Shown in pieces: positions 49,220 through 59,400 of a stretch of 64,000 nt of DNA. Origin of the DNA: a virus; the IMG/VR virus record IMGVR_UViG_3300028029_000006, positions 24,236 through 88,235 of that record; one strand, given 5' to 3'. The notes beneath the pieces are model-generated. The model did not search any database, was not told the origin of the DNA, and saw only the letters and a program-made list of their open reading frames with translations. A program made the position numbers and the translations under genes. The stretch's first letter is position 1. Each line of letters starts with the position of its first letter.

Positions 49220-49702
49220 ATGAACCCATCTCATAAAGAAACTCTTCCAATCTTAGAGGAAGGAAAAAATAAAATTAAAGAATCTGATACATATAAAGAA
49301 CTTTGCAAAGAGCATGGAGTCGATGAAGATATTATTGATTTAATCCCAATGGCTTTTTCAGATCTTGATGTTTCTGCTAGAACTGAAAACGGATGTATTT
49401 ACTTTAATTATAAATTACTTGATAATTTCGATTCTAATTTACATTATATGTTACATGAATTTACTCATGCTCTTCAGCAATGTTGGGGAGATGGGCCAAC
49501 TCAAGGAGCAGATGACGGAGAATATTTAGATAATAAATTTGAGCAAGAAGGTTTTCAAGTTCAAACAAAGTATTTATCTGAAACTGAAGGAGACGGTGCT
49601 GCTGAAGCTTATACTGAAAAAGTCATGAATCATCATGATGTTCCTGAAAATGATAAGGAAAAAAGAAAAAAAGATCTTCTTAATTTAGCTAGTATGATTT
49701 AA
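49220..49702 (+). CDS. Zincin-like (HExxH) metallopeptidase-domain protein
   Basis: LHEFTHALQ followed by YLDNKFEQEGF. Confidence 0.65.
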   Translation: MNPSHKETLPILEEGKNKIKESDTYKELCKEHGVDEDIIDLIPMAFSDLDVSARTENGCIYFNYKLLDNFDSNLHYMLHEFTHALQQCWGDGPTQGADDGEYLDNKFEQEGFQVQTKYLSETEGDGAAEAYTEKVMNHHDVPENDKEKRKKDLLNLASMI

Positions 49703-49731
49703 AAATACACCAATATTAAAATATAATTAAT

Positions 49732-51327
49732 GTGGTATGTATTAATTTAAAACCTGTTTATGCTCCTCAAAAAATGGGCGGCTTAAACTTAGCTGCATCT
49801 AACAATGATGGTTACCAAATTGTATTAAGGTGGGATAAAGCTTATCCCAGTTCTTTTGGTAATCAGATTGCTTATAACATATATTTCTCAACTGTTAGAG
49901 AAGATATTATTAGTGAGGGTATAAAGTACGTATCAATTGATGGATATTTAAGTGCTTGCGTTCCCGATTTACCACCTGGTCAAACCTACTTCTTTATTGT
50001 TAGAGCGACTGAATACGATCCTTCTTGGTATGATTTATCGCTTTTAGAAGATGGTCCTACTGGATTAAAGATTTATACAGAAAGTATTTTATTATCAAAT
50101 ATTACAGAAGATGATTTATTAATTCCAGTATCTGATGTTGAGACTTGGCCATCTTTTGGAATAGTAGTTGTAGGTACTGAAATTATTAGTTATTCTTCTA
50201 AAGATGTTCCTAATAATAATTTAATTGTTTCTGAAAGAGGTTTTTTAGAATCAAATATCAGGCTTCATAATACAGATGGGTATGATGGTTATTATTTTCA
50301 GGATCCTATTGTTAGATTTTTTGGTGGTTTTGATGATGGAAATGAAAGAGTTCAGATTGAAACATCAACATTTTTTCAATCAAATGCCGCTTTTACATTT
50401 GCAGATGGTTACGCTACAAATGATGATAAGTTAAATACAGATTTTTCTAGTTCTGATGAAAATTTAGTAGATGTTCCTAAGTATGATCAGGTTGGTTGGC
50501 ATAGGACTGATCCTAGTAAAATAATTAGTGGTGCTTGCATCGGAACTTACATTGGTGGAGAGCAATGGTGTGCAGACGGATATTTGGGAGTTGGGAGACA
50601 GACCAGAGGCATCTCTTTAAACGACCAGGCGATGCGTAGAGAGGAGGTTCTACTTGATTCTATAGGTCAACCCGTTGTGTTAGTTAAACGCCTTTGGGCA
50701 GGGCTTAGGTGTCCTTGTGTTAAAATGGTTAATGAACAACCAGAATATAGATGTAGTTTATGTTTTGGGACTGGTTTTTCAACTGGTTATGATCAATATT
50801 ACAGTCCTAGAAGAAGTGATAGTAGAATAACGGTTCGCCCTGGTCCTTATCCAGATGATCTTAAATTTCACAATGCTGGGTTAGAATCGGAGGCAATTTT
50901 GGATCTTTGGACTTTGCCGGTTCCAGCAATTAAAGTTAAAGATTTTATTATAAGGTATAATAAAGACGGCACTGAGGAATTCAGATATGAAATTATCAGT
51001 GTTACTAGAAATATGCTTTTTAATCAAGAATTTGGGATTCAGAAGTTTAGAGCACAAAGAGTAAGGAAAACTAGTCCAATTTACATGTGGAAGGAATTTG
51101 GTAATACGGCTACTATGCCTAGTAAGTTAACTGTTTCAATTGGAATGTTAGCTGGAGCTGGTGGTAGTTTGATTCCTCATACACATGAGATAGTAATTAA
51201 TGAAGGAGTTACATCTTTAGGTCAGATAAATCAAACTACTTCCGTTGTAGAAGGGCACAATCATGAAATTCGTTCGGGGATTATTCAGGAAGAATACGGG
51301 CACTCTCATCAAATAGTTTTACCTTAA
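49732..51327 (+). CDS. Putative neck/head-closure protein with FN3-like N-terminus, CxC..CxxC finger and His-rich tail
   Basis: LRWDKA..YNIY...YFFIVRA; RCPC...CSLCFGTGF; HTHEI/HNHEI/HSHQI; six DGY. Confidence 0.6.
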   Translation: MVCINLKPVYAPQKMGGLNLAASNNDGYQIVLRWDKAYPSSFGNQIAYNIYFSTVREDIISEGIKYVSIDGYLSACVPDLPPGQTYFFIVRATEYDPSWYDLSLLEDGPTGLKIYTESILLSNITEDDLLIPVSDVETWPSFGIVVVGTEIISYSSKDVPNNNLIVSERGFLESNIRLHNTDGYDGYYFQDPIVRFFGGFDDGNERVQIETSTFFQSNAAFTFADGYATNDDKLNTDFSSSDENLVDVPKYDQVGWHRTDPSKIISGACIGTYIGGEQWCADGYLGVGRQTRGISLNDQAMRREEVLLDSIGQPVVLVKRLWAGLRCPCVKMVNEQPEYRCSLCFGTGFSTGYDQYYSPRRSDSRITVRPGPYPDDLKFHNAGLESEAILDLWTLPVPAIKVKDFIIRYNKDGTEEFRYEIISVTRNMLFNQEFGIQKFRAQRVRKTSPIYMWKEFGNTATMPSKLTVSIGMLAGAGGSLIPHTHEIVINEGVTSLGQINQTTSVVEGHNHEIRSGIIQEEYGHSHQIVLP

Positions 51328-51329
51328 AA

Positions 51330-51700
51330 TCATAACAATTTAATATTAACTATACCATTACTCCAACTAATAATTTTACCAACTGGCCTAACATTAATAT
51401 TATGTTTTGATGTTAATTTTCCATTAGTACTAATAAATAGCAGATTTTCAGTGTCTTAAAATTTAACATCTTCTTCATACATATTGGTTGCAAATTCAAA
51501 CCCAGATATTAATGGCCAAGTAGTAATTTTATCACTAGATAAACATGAATTATCATCTTTTGTATAAATGTCATCAATAATACCATAGATACTAGTACCT
51601 CTGATTTTAACATAGCAAACATGCCAGGTTCAAAGTGCTTACTATAATCAACATTATTACTTGTCGGTAAATTTAATTTTATATTTATAATTCTTAACAT
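51330..51700 (-). pseudogene. Degraded paralogue of the cement-like gene 3014..3721
   Basis: FEPGMFA then a frameshift to GTSIYGIIDDIY...SCLSSDKITTW...KF*DTENLLFISTNGKLT. Confidence 0.75.
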
Positions 51701-51710
51701 TTTATGCCTT

Positions 51711-52052
51711 TTATTTTGTGTGTAATTCTCCTTTCCAATCTACTTTTTTTTCAAATTCCATTATGAAATTTTTAGATAATTTTTGACAGCTGAATATACT
51801 AATCCATTTTACTTTATTTTTAAATTCATCAATAAAATCTTCTGATAATTTTTGATATTTAAATATTATAAGCCAATCTACTTTATCTTGAAACTCTCTA
51901 ATGAAACCTTCTGATAATTCTTGAGAACCAGATATATAAAACCAATCATCATTGTTAATTTTTTTAATAAATTTTTTCTTTTCTTTTTCAGTTAATTTAC
52001 CGTTTTGTTTATATTTTTTAATTACTTTTTTAACTAATTTATTTATATTCAC
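51711..52052 (-). CDS. Short Trp-repeat (23-aa) protein
   Basis: GKLTEK cap plus three DWxxISxxQxLSExFI units. Confidence 0.8.
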   Translation of the reverse strand: MNINKLVKKVIKKYKQNGKLTEKEKKKFIKKINNDDWFYISGSQELSEGFIREFQDKVDWLIIFKYQKLSEDFIDEFKNKVKWISIFSCQKLSKNFIMEFEKKVDWKGELHTK

Positions 52053-52110
52053 AATATGCCTTTAAATTTAAATTATTTTTTTTTTAAAATTTTTTTTAAA
52101 AAATTTTTGG

Positions 52111-52269
52111 ATCAACTTAGATCTCACTCTCTCACTTCGTTCGTTCATTCGATCTAAGTTGATGATTATATATATTAATATTTAAGTTGATTAAGTACTT
52201 GCCAAGGTGTTATAATTACCTTCATTCACTCTCTCACTTCGTTCGTTCGTTCATTACGTTAATTATAAC
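52111..52269. repeat. Two stem-loops each enclosing the exact 23-mer TCACTCTCTCACTTCGTTCGTTC
   Basis: Copies at 52124-52146 and 52226-52248; stems atcaacttagatc/gatctaagttgat and gttataatta/taattataac. Confidence 0.85.
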
Positions 52270-52459
52270 GGAGGTTCGTAGGAACTATATCATGGTTTTC
52301 AGAAAAAAAATGGAGATCTTGAAAAAAAGATCACTTTTAAGCAAAAAAAGTTCTAAAAGAATGTCTACAGATGTTTAAACATTAATACTTATAATTAGAT
52401 ATTTTTTATTTTAGAAGCTATTCCTTTAATTAATAATATGACATGGTACTGAGGTTTTT

Positions 52460-55400
52460 ATGACAAATAGATTTACTGGATCTGGAAGATTACAAGAAGG
52501 TGGCTTTTTAGCCACTCATAAACATGATTTCAATGTTCATGTTGAAGGAAATGATTGGAGGCATAAAGCAGATCATATTGATATGAATCCTTCTTTAGTT
52601 CAATTTCCTAATGATACAGTTCAAGGAACATTAGAGCTTTTAGGAAACTTTACTTCTTCTCAAGGATCAGGATTTATTTCAATTGGAAATACAACTACTG
52701 ATGGTTATGCTACAGGATCATATAATGTAACTAATTCAGTAACTTTAGAAACTGCTTTTGATTCTGCATTTACAGATACTAGATTACAAAATGGTGGTGT
52801 TATTCTAGTAATGTCTGGAACTTATAGATTATCTAATACAGTTACAGTTCCTTCAGGAATTACAATTATTGGAGAGAATGCTGGAACTGTAATTATTGGA
52901 GAAATGGGCGAACTTCCTATGTTTAATTTCTCTTTGGGAGAAACTTTACCTACAATTGGAGGAGATTCAGGATCTGGAGATATTTTATTAGAAGTAGGAG
53001 CGCCAATTGATGAAAGTAGATTAATGAATATTATTTTAGCAGATAATATAGATGGTTATGCTGCTTCAGGAAATTCTTCAATGCAAACTACTCCTATGGT
53101 TACAGTTGAAGCTTCTTCCAGAGTTCATTTTTATAATGTTAAATTTTTAGGAAGAATTAATAATGGAACAATTGCCAATAGAAATAAAACTTTAAGAGCA
53201 ATTGGTACAGTAACAGGTGGTGGAGATTCTACTCATTTAACAATTGAAAGATGTTTTTTTGACGGAATGGAAACTGCAGTTAGATTTAATCCACAAAATG
53301 GAGATTCAGATCATTTAACTGTAACTGGATGTAGGGCTAGATTATTTGGAACTGAAGATCTTAGCGCTATAGCAAATGAAGATAATTGTTTCGTTTCAAT
53401 GAGTCTTTGCAATTTATTAGCTGATAATAATTATGTGATTACTGGAGATAGTGGGGCAGATGAAATTTCTGCTTGTTTTGTAACTTTTGAGGTTGGGGCA
53501 AGCGGAACTGATTATTCAATTATAGTCGGTTCTACTTCTGGTGGACCAAGTGCTGGTAATAATGTTAAATCTGTATTTTTAGATAAAACAAGTTCATCAT
53601 TAAAAACTGTTGTTACCAATAATAATTGGGGAAATGATGTAGCCAACCGATGGTTTGTTACAGTTGGAGTTGGAGGTAGTGCAAGTTCTTCTTCTGGTGA
53701 TTTTACTGGAGCTGGGTCAATTGATCTTCTTTTAAGCACATCGGTGAATTACCCAACTACAGTAATTGTTAATCCTGGAACTTACACAGTTACAAATTCT
53801 GGTTCATCTAATTATAATTTCATAGGTAACCCTATGGTTAGTACTAATAATCCGGTTTTTGATTTAAATATTGGATCAGGAACGGATCAACTTGGTAATA
53901 GATTATTTACTTGTGGTAGACTTCTTAAATCAATTAATTTTCAATCTAATATTCCTTCAGGTAATTTTCATTCGGTTAGACCTGGTGGTGTAATTGGTGG
54001 GAGTATATCTGTTTATGTTGATGATTGTATTTTTAAAAATACAACTTTATCAGTTAATGATACAGTAACTAGTTTCGGTTTTGAATTTAATAATATTAAA
54101 ATTGAAAACACGGCTTTTAATCAAAATGGAGCTTTTAATGATAATGTATCATTTTTACTACCAGTTTTAGATACTACTGAATTAAGTAATTGTAAATTTG
54201 TAGGTTTTGGATATGCTGGTTTAATTGGAGATGATTCAGGTTTAGCTTATTCTACTTCTACAAATTTTGGTCAGGTAATAATTAAGAATTGTAATTTTGA
54301 TCAAACTGGTTTTACAATTGATGATGCTACTCCATTAACTCAAGAAGGGTTTTTAATAATTGATCATACAACAGCTAAAGTAACTATAGATAATACTATT
54401 ATTACTGCTGATAGTGGTTTAGGATCAATTAGTACAATTAATAGTACGTTAACAAATGCTGGTTTTGATAAATATATTTACATAAGAGCTGCGGATATTA
54501 ATATTGATAAATGTTTAATTCATTCACCTAACAGAACATTTATTGATACTGCAGTTACATATCCACTTTTTGGATTAAAAATAGAACCATATGAAAATTT
54601 AAATTTAACTGATTCTAGAATTTTATATGGAGTTTGTCAAATTGGAGGATCATCTTCCGTTTTATCTAGCACAGAAACAGGAAGTGTTAATATAATTAAC
54701 AATTTGTTTTCATCATTTACTGGAGCCGTTTCTTATTGTTTGTTGGATTTTGACATTGATCCCACGATAACGGCAGGTTTCCCATATATTTTTGTTAAAG
54801 ATAATAAATTCTTAAACTTTTCTCCCCAAGAAACACCAATTCCACCAATTCATTCAACTTCAGGCGCAACTTATGATGCTCAGGGACATGTTCAGATTTT
54901 TGTTGATGACATTAATGTAAAATTTGAAAGCAATACTCTTCAAGGGGTTATTAACGCTGCTGTTCCTGCTGGTATTGACCATGTTTCTGGTGTTGTTATC
55001 GATGTTACTAGACCTAGTGGAACTGCAAATACACATTCAATTATTAATGTTATTAATAATGAAATAAAAATAACTAATCTATACACTACAGCTACAGCAA
55101 CTGATTCAGCTTCAGCGCTTTATGTAATAGCAGCCGATCTTGTTATTAATGGTAATTTTCTTGGAATGAGAAATGAAGCATCTCTTTCAAGTAGTATTAT
55201 TTGTTGTGTTCATATAACAACTCAGGTTTATAATTCGGTTTCTCCAGAAAAAGCTTTAATAACAAATAATACTTTATCTAGAAAAAGATTAACATCTGGA
55301 GTTGATACCTCTTTAAGAGGAGGTTTTGTTGTTGCATTAGGATCGGAAGGTGGAATTATTAATTCAAATGTTTTTAGTAGTGATACAATTGATGGAGCAG

Positions 55401-55960
55401 ATGAGGATTTAATTTCTGCTAGTACTAGTTGGGCTTCATTTAATAATGTTAATGAAATAAAAACAATAATAACTCGTGGCGAACTTGGAACCATGGGTCT
55501 TCATGATCAAACTGGAACAGAACCAGTTTTTTATTTTTTAGGTGGAGCTGGTCTTGGCGTTACAATGTCATCAGCAATTACAGTTGATGTAACTAATTCT
55601 AGCGTACCTATTACTTTTGATTACACAGACACTGGAGATGATGTTAATTTTAAATGGTCTATACCTTTAGTTGGTATAATTCCTTGGGGAGCTACAATTT
55701 TAGAAATATCTGCAGACGTTGATGTTAGTGGTAATCCTAGTGTTACAAGCACTTCAAGACTTAGGTTAATAACATCTGGTGGAGTAGATACTGATACTCA
55801 AGCTACTTTAACTACAGCTGGTCATAGCCATATATTAACAGGTTTATCAAGAAAAATGTTTTCCAATACATATAATTATGTGGAAATTTTTGCCGAGATA
55901 GAAAGCGCAGGAACAATTGCTTATACAATAGCTCCTTTATCAATCAAATATAAGCTATAA
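52460..55960 (+). CDS. Large beta-helix (pectin-lyase-like) virion protein
   Basis: GGVILVMSGTYRLSNTVTVPSGITIIGE helix-start motif; many I.NC.F and I.NN repeats. Confidence 0.65.
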   Translation: MTNRFTGSGRLQEGGFLATHKHDFNVHVEGNDWRHKADHIDMNPSLVQFPNDTVQGTLELLGNFTSSQGSGFISIGNTTTDGYATGSYNVTNSVTLETAFDSAFTDTRLQNGGVILVMSGTYRLSNTVTVPSGITIIGENAGTVIIGEMGELPMFNFSLGETLPTIGGDSGSGDILLEVGAPIDESRLMNIILADNIDGYAASGNSSMQTTPMVTVEASSRVHFYNVKFLGRINNGTIANRNKTLRAIGTVTGGGDSTHLTIERCFFDGMETAVRFNPQNGDSDHLTVTGCRARLFGTEDLSAIANEDNCFVSMSLCNLLADNNYVITGDSGADEISACFVTFEVGASGTDYSIIVGSTSGGPSAGNNVKSVFLDKTSSSLKTVVTNNNWGNDVANRWFVTVGVGGSASSSSGDFTGAGSIDLLLSTSVNYPTTVIVNPGTYTVTNSGSSNYNFIGNPMVSTNNPVFDLNIGSGTDQLGNRLFTCGRLLKSINFQSNIPSGNFHSVRPGGVIGGSISVYVDDCIFKNTTLSVNDTVTSFGFEFNNIKIENTAFNQNGAFNDNVSFLLPVLDTTELSNCKFVGFGYAGLIGDDSGLAYSTSTNFGQVIIKNCNFDQTGFTIDDATPLTQEGFLIIDHTTAKVTIDNTIITADSGLGSISTINSTLTNAGFDKYIYIRAADINIDKCLIHSPNRTFIDTAVTYPLFGLKIEPYENLNLTDSRILYGVCQIGGSSSVLSSTETGSVNIINNLFSSFTGAVSYCLLDFDIDPTITAGFPYIFVKDNKFLNFSPQETPIPPIHSTSGATYDAQGHVQIFVDDINVKFESNTLQGVINAAVPAGIDHVSGVVIDVTRPSGTANTHSIINVINNEIKITNLYTTATATDSASALYVIAADLVINGNFLGMRNEASLSSSIICCVHITTQVYNSVSPEKALITNNTLSRKRLTSGVDTSLRGGFVVALGSEGGIINSNVFSSDTIDGADEDLISASTSWASFNNVNEIKTIITRGELGTMGLHDQTGTEPVFYFLGGAGLGVTMSSAITVDVTNSSVPITFDYTDTGDDVNFKWSIPLVGIIPWGATILEISADVDVSGNPSVTSTSRLRLITSGGVDTDTQATLTTAGHSHILTGLSRKMFSNTYNYVEIFAEIESAGTIAYTIAPLSIKYKL

Positions 55961-56018
55961 GCTAAACGCATAATCAGATATTTAACTGATAAACTTTTAA
56001 CTTATTTAAGGACTTAGA

Positions 56019-56384
56019 ATGGATGTGTTTAATCAGCTTATTTCGGTAGAGAATATAGTATTATGTTTTGCTATTGTGGCTCTTGTTTGGTTTCAACGTA
56101 AACTTGTTGAATTATCATTTCCTGCTGTTTTAAAAGAAGGGACTAAATTAAGAAAATGGTGGAAATCCTTCTTCATTCCCCTAGGGCCGATTGGATCTGG
56201 TGGGTTACTAACTTTGATTCCACAAATTCCAGTTCCAGAAATGTTTGCTGATGGCAGTGTTTCGAGGATTGTTTTTGGGGTATTTTTAGGTTTAATTAGT
56301 GGTTTAGTTTTCAGATTAGTTAAAAAGAATTTTATTAATCAAATTGGAGCTAAGAAGAAAGAAGATGAAACTGAATATTTATAA
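56019..56384 (+). CDS. Small membrane protein (holin-like)
   Basis: About three hydrophobic segments and a charged C-terminus. Confidence 0.45.
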   Translation: MDVFNQLISVENIVLCFAIVALVWFQRKLVELSFPAVLKEGTKLRKWWKSFFIPLGPIGSGGLLTLIPQIPVPEMFADGSVSRIVFGVFLGLISGLVFRLVKKNFINQIGAKKKEDETEYL

Positions 56385-56439
56385 GAATAATATTTTTAAA
56401 TAAATAAAGTTTTAAATTTTTTAACAATAAGGGTAATAA

Positions 56440-59400
56440 ATGAGCGTATATCCGTTTGAAATTGATACAGATGCTGAGCTTCCACGAGTTGATGATGACA
56501 TAACAGAGACTGGTGGGGAAGCAATTAATGCTACTCGCACTGCGATTTTTGCTATTGAAACTGAATTAGGTATTACTCCATCAGGAAGTTTATCTTCAGT
56601 AGCAGATCGGCTTGATGTATCATTAAATTCTGATGGTAGCATTAAATCATCTGCTTTAACTAGTATTGGTTTGGCTACATTACCAATTACTAATAATCAA
56701 GTTGCGTCTTCTGCAGGAATTCAGGAGTTCAAGTTAATTTTAGATCACTCTACCTCAAATCTTAACACTTTAATTACTTCCAACTCAGCTTTACTTAATT
56801 CTTTAGTTACATTTACAAATTCAACTGATTCTAATTTATCAACTCATATTGGTGGGGGAGCTATTCTTAGTGATGGTTCTGCTGGTCGTCATGTAGCAAG
56901 CCATATTGATATTAATGTCACTCCATCAGATCCAAGAGACATATCTTTTACTTGGGCAGGTCTGTTTAATAAAGATGGGAATCAAAGATCTGCTACTGAT
57001 GTGGCGACAGCTCTTCAGCAAATTAATGATGATTTTGTAGCACATCAAAATGCAGTTTCAGAAGCACATTTAGCTTCCGCCATAACACTTGATACATCTA
57101 ATTTCGAAGCTTTACCTTTAACTGTAGATACAACTCAAAAATTAGCTGATTATCTCGATGATTTTCAGGTAATAACGGTTGGACAACATGTTGCAACTCA
57201 GCATGCTAATGGAATTCCATTAATTGCTCGTTCTCAAGGGTGTAATTTAGATGGATATAAACAAAATGTTGTTCCATCAACGTCAGTTAGTACATATTTA
57301 GTAAGATCTCCCAACACTACTCCAGTAGATGATATTTCTGTTGGTGATAATATTATCAAATTCTCACCAGATAACACAGGTTTTGTTTTCGACTCTCAAT
57401 TTAGCCAAGTGCAAACTGGCGATATTATAACTGTTAATTATGGGACAGGTTTTGAGGCGTCTTTTATAATTGATTCTCTTAGATTTGTACCTGGTTCTGA
57501 ATGGATAGTTAGAATTAATGGAATTAATTTATCTGATAGTGATGGTTATGCTTTAGCAAGAATTGATCGCCCATCATTTGATAGAAGAACTGAAGGTGTT
57601 TTAGCTCTTGCTTCTGCCAATGCTACCCCTACAGGATCATTTAACACTTTTCTTTCTAGTGTTATTGTTGGAAATCCTCGTGGAGCGATGGCTTTTGGTT
57701 TAGGTTTCGATCCTGGACAGTTAGATGCCAGTCATTATAATCTTTATATAGAACTTTATCCAACAGGTAATCCATCTGATAGAGTTATTTCATTACCAGC
57801 TGTTGATGTCACAGGAGATTTTGGAACAACTGTAGGTAGTTATACGTTAGATGGTGTTGTTCAGAATATTAACAATAAATTCAGGGAAATTGGGTTTAAC
57901 TTTAGATTTATTGCATTTTCAGAAAAAGGAAATGTAGGAATTATGATGGCAGACGCCATTGATTGTGCTAGTTTTGCAATTATTAAAGGAAGCAATAGTA
58001 CCGGAACATTAATTGGAGGTATTTATTCTAATAATATTATTGGAGAAGCATCTGGAACTGATTTTGATGCTTTAGGATTGGGAGCCGCACATGCAAATGT
58101 GTCTAGCCCTGCATTTATTTCATCCTTTTCTGATGCAACAGCAGCTCAAATTCCAACCAAAGTTATTGTGCCACTTAAAAATAGAGATGTAGTTGTTAAT
58201 GGTGTTAGATTTGATACTTTTAATCCTACTTGGAATGAAAATGAAGATGCTAATGGCGATGGTTATTGGGATGGTTATATTTCAGCGAGAACTGAAGTAG
58301 GATCTTTTACAGTTGAAACTACTTACACTATTAATTTGGATCTCAAAGCTGCTGGACTTAAAGCTGGTAAAACTATTGTCATTCAACCTAAAGTTGAGTT
58401 TTCAGATTCAACATATTTTGATGTTGATTATGGTAGATTTATTATTAAATCAGTTAATTTTGTTCCGCCTTGTCCAGGTGATCCAGATAACACACAAATA
58501 ACAGTTATCAGTGGGGTTCATGGGGTTGGTACAGGCTTTTCGTTCAGTTCAGATGCTGGACTACCAGTTAGGGTTTATTTCTCTTCAGATTCCGTTAGTT
58601 TTGATAGCGAACAAGTTATCAATCAAACTCCAACATCAGATGATTATCATCGCAGTCATGAAATTTATATTAATGATGAAGGTAGAACTTTTAGTCATGA
58701 ACGAGCAAGAATGCTTGTACAGTCTGGAGGGGGGTCTTTGTTAGGTAGTGGAAATTGGCATGTAGATTTTGTTAGCCCTAAATTAAGAGGCTATAAAGAT
58801 GATAGTATTACCTTTAACAAATTTATAAGGTTTTATGTATTAGAATATGATACTGTTAGTGGTGAATTTGATGGGTATATTGGTAAAAGAAGCTCCACAA
58901 CTTCAAATATCCTTAATGTAGGACCAATTACACGTGGAAGGAAAAATGTTTCTACTAGATTTTATGATGAATCTAATTTAGATTATGTTGATTTAACATT
59001 TACTGAATTGGCTACTACAGTTGCGTCTGCTTCTGATATTTTAGGAGGTGGAATAGCTCCAAGATATGTTGATATTGAATTGTTTGATTCTTTAACTCAG
59101 CATGATGAGATATTCTTAATAGGAACTGCCGAAGTTAACTGGGATCCGGTTAGTGGTCAAGCAATTATTCAGCGAGTTGTTAATAGAAGAGAATTTGGCA
59201 GTGTTGATGAAGAGGATTTTACTCAATCTGCAATAGATTTTATTAATGCAGGAGATCGGGCTCTTCATGAAAATGGAATTATTAGAGGTTTTGACTTTGA
59301 TTTTATCAATACGACTGATAATAGAGAAATTTTTTACAAAGGCGGCTCAGCATTAGTTAATGGAAGTATTGTTGTTTTAAATGCAATATCTGTAACAATC

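Noticed and set aside
52187-52378. 63-aa ORF
   Set aside because: It overlaps the hairpin repeat and low-complexity intergenic DNA, with a weak start
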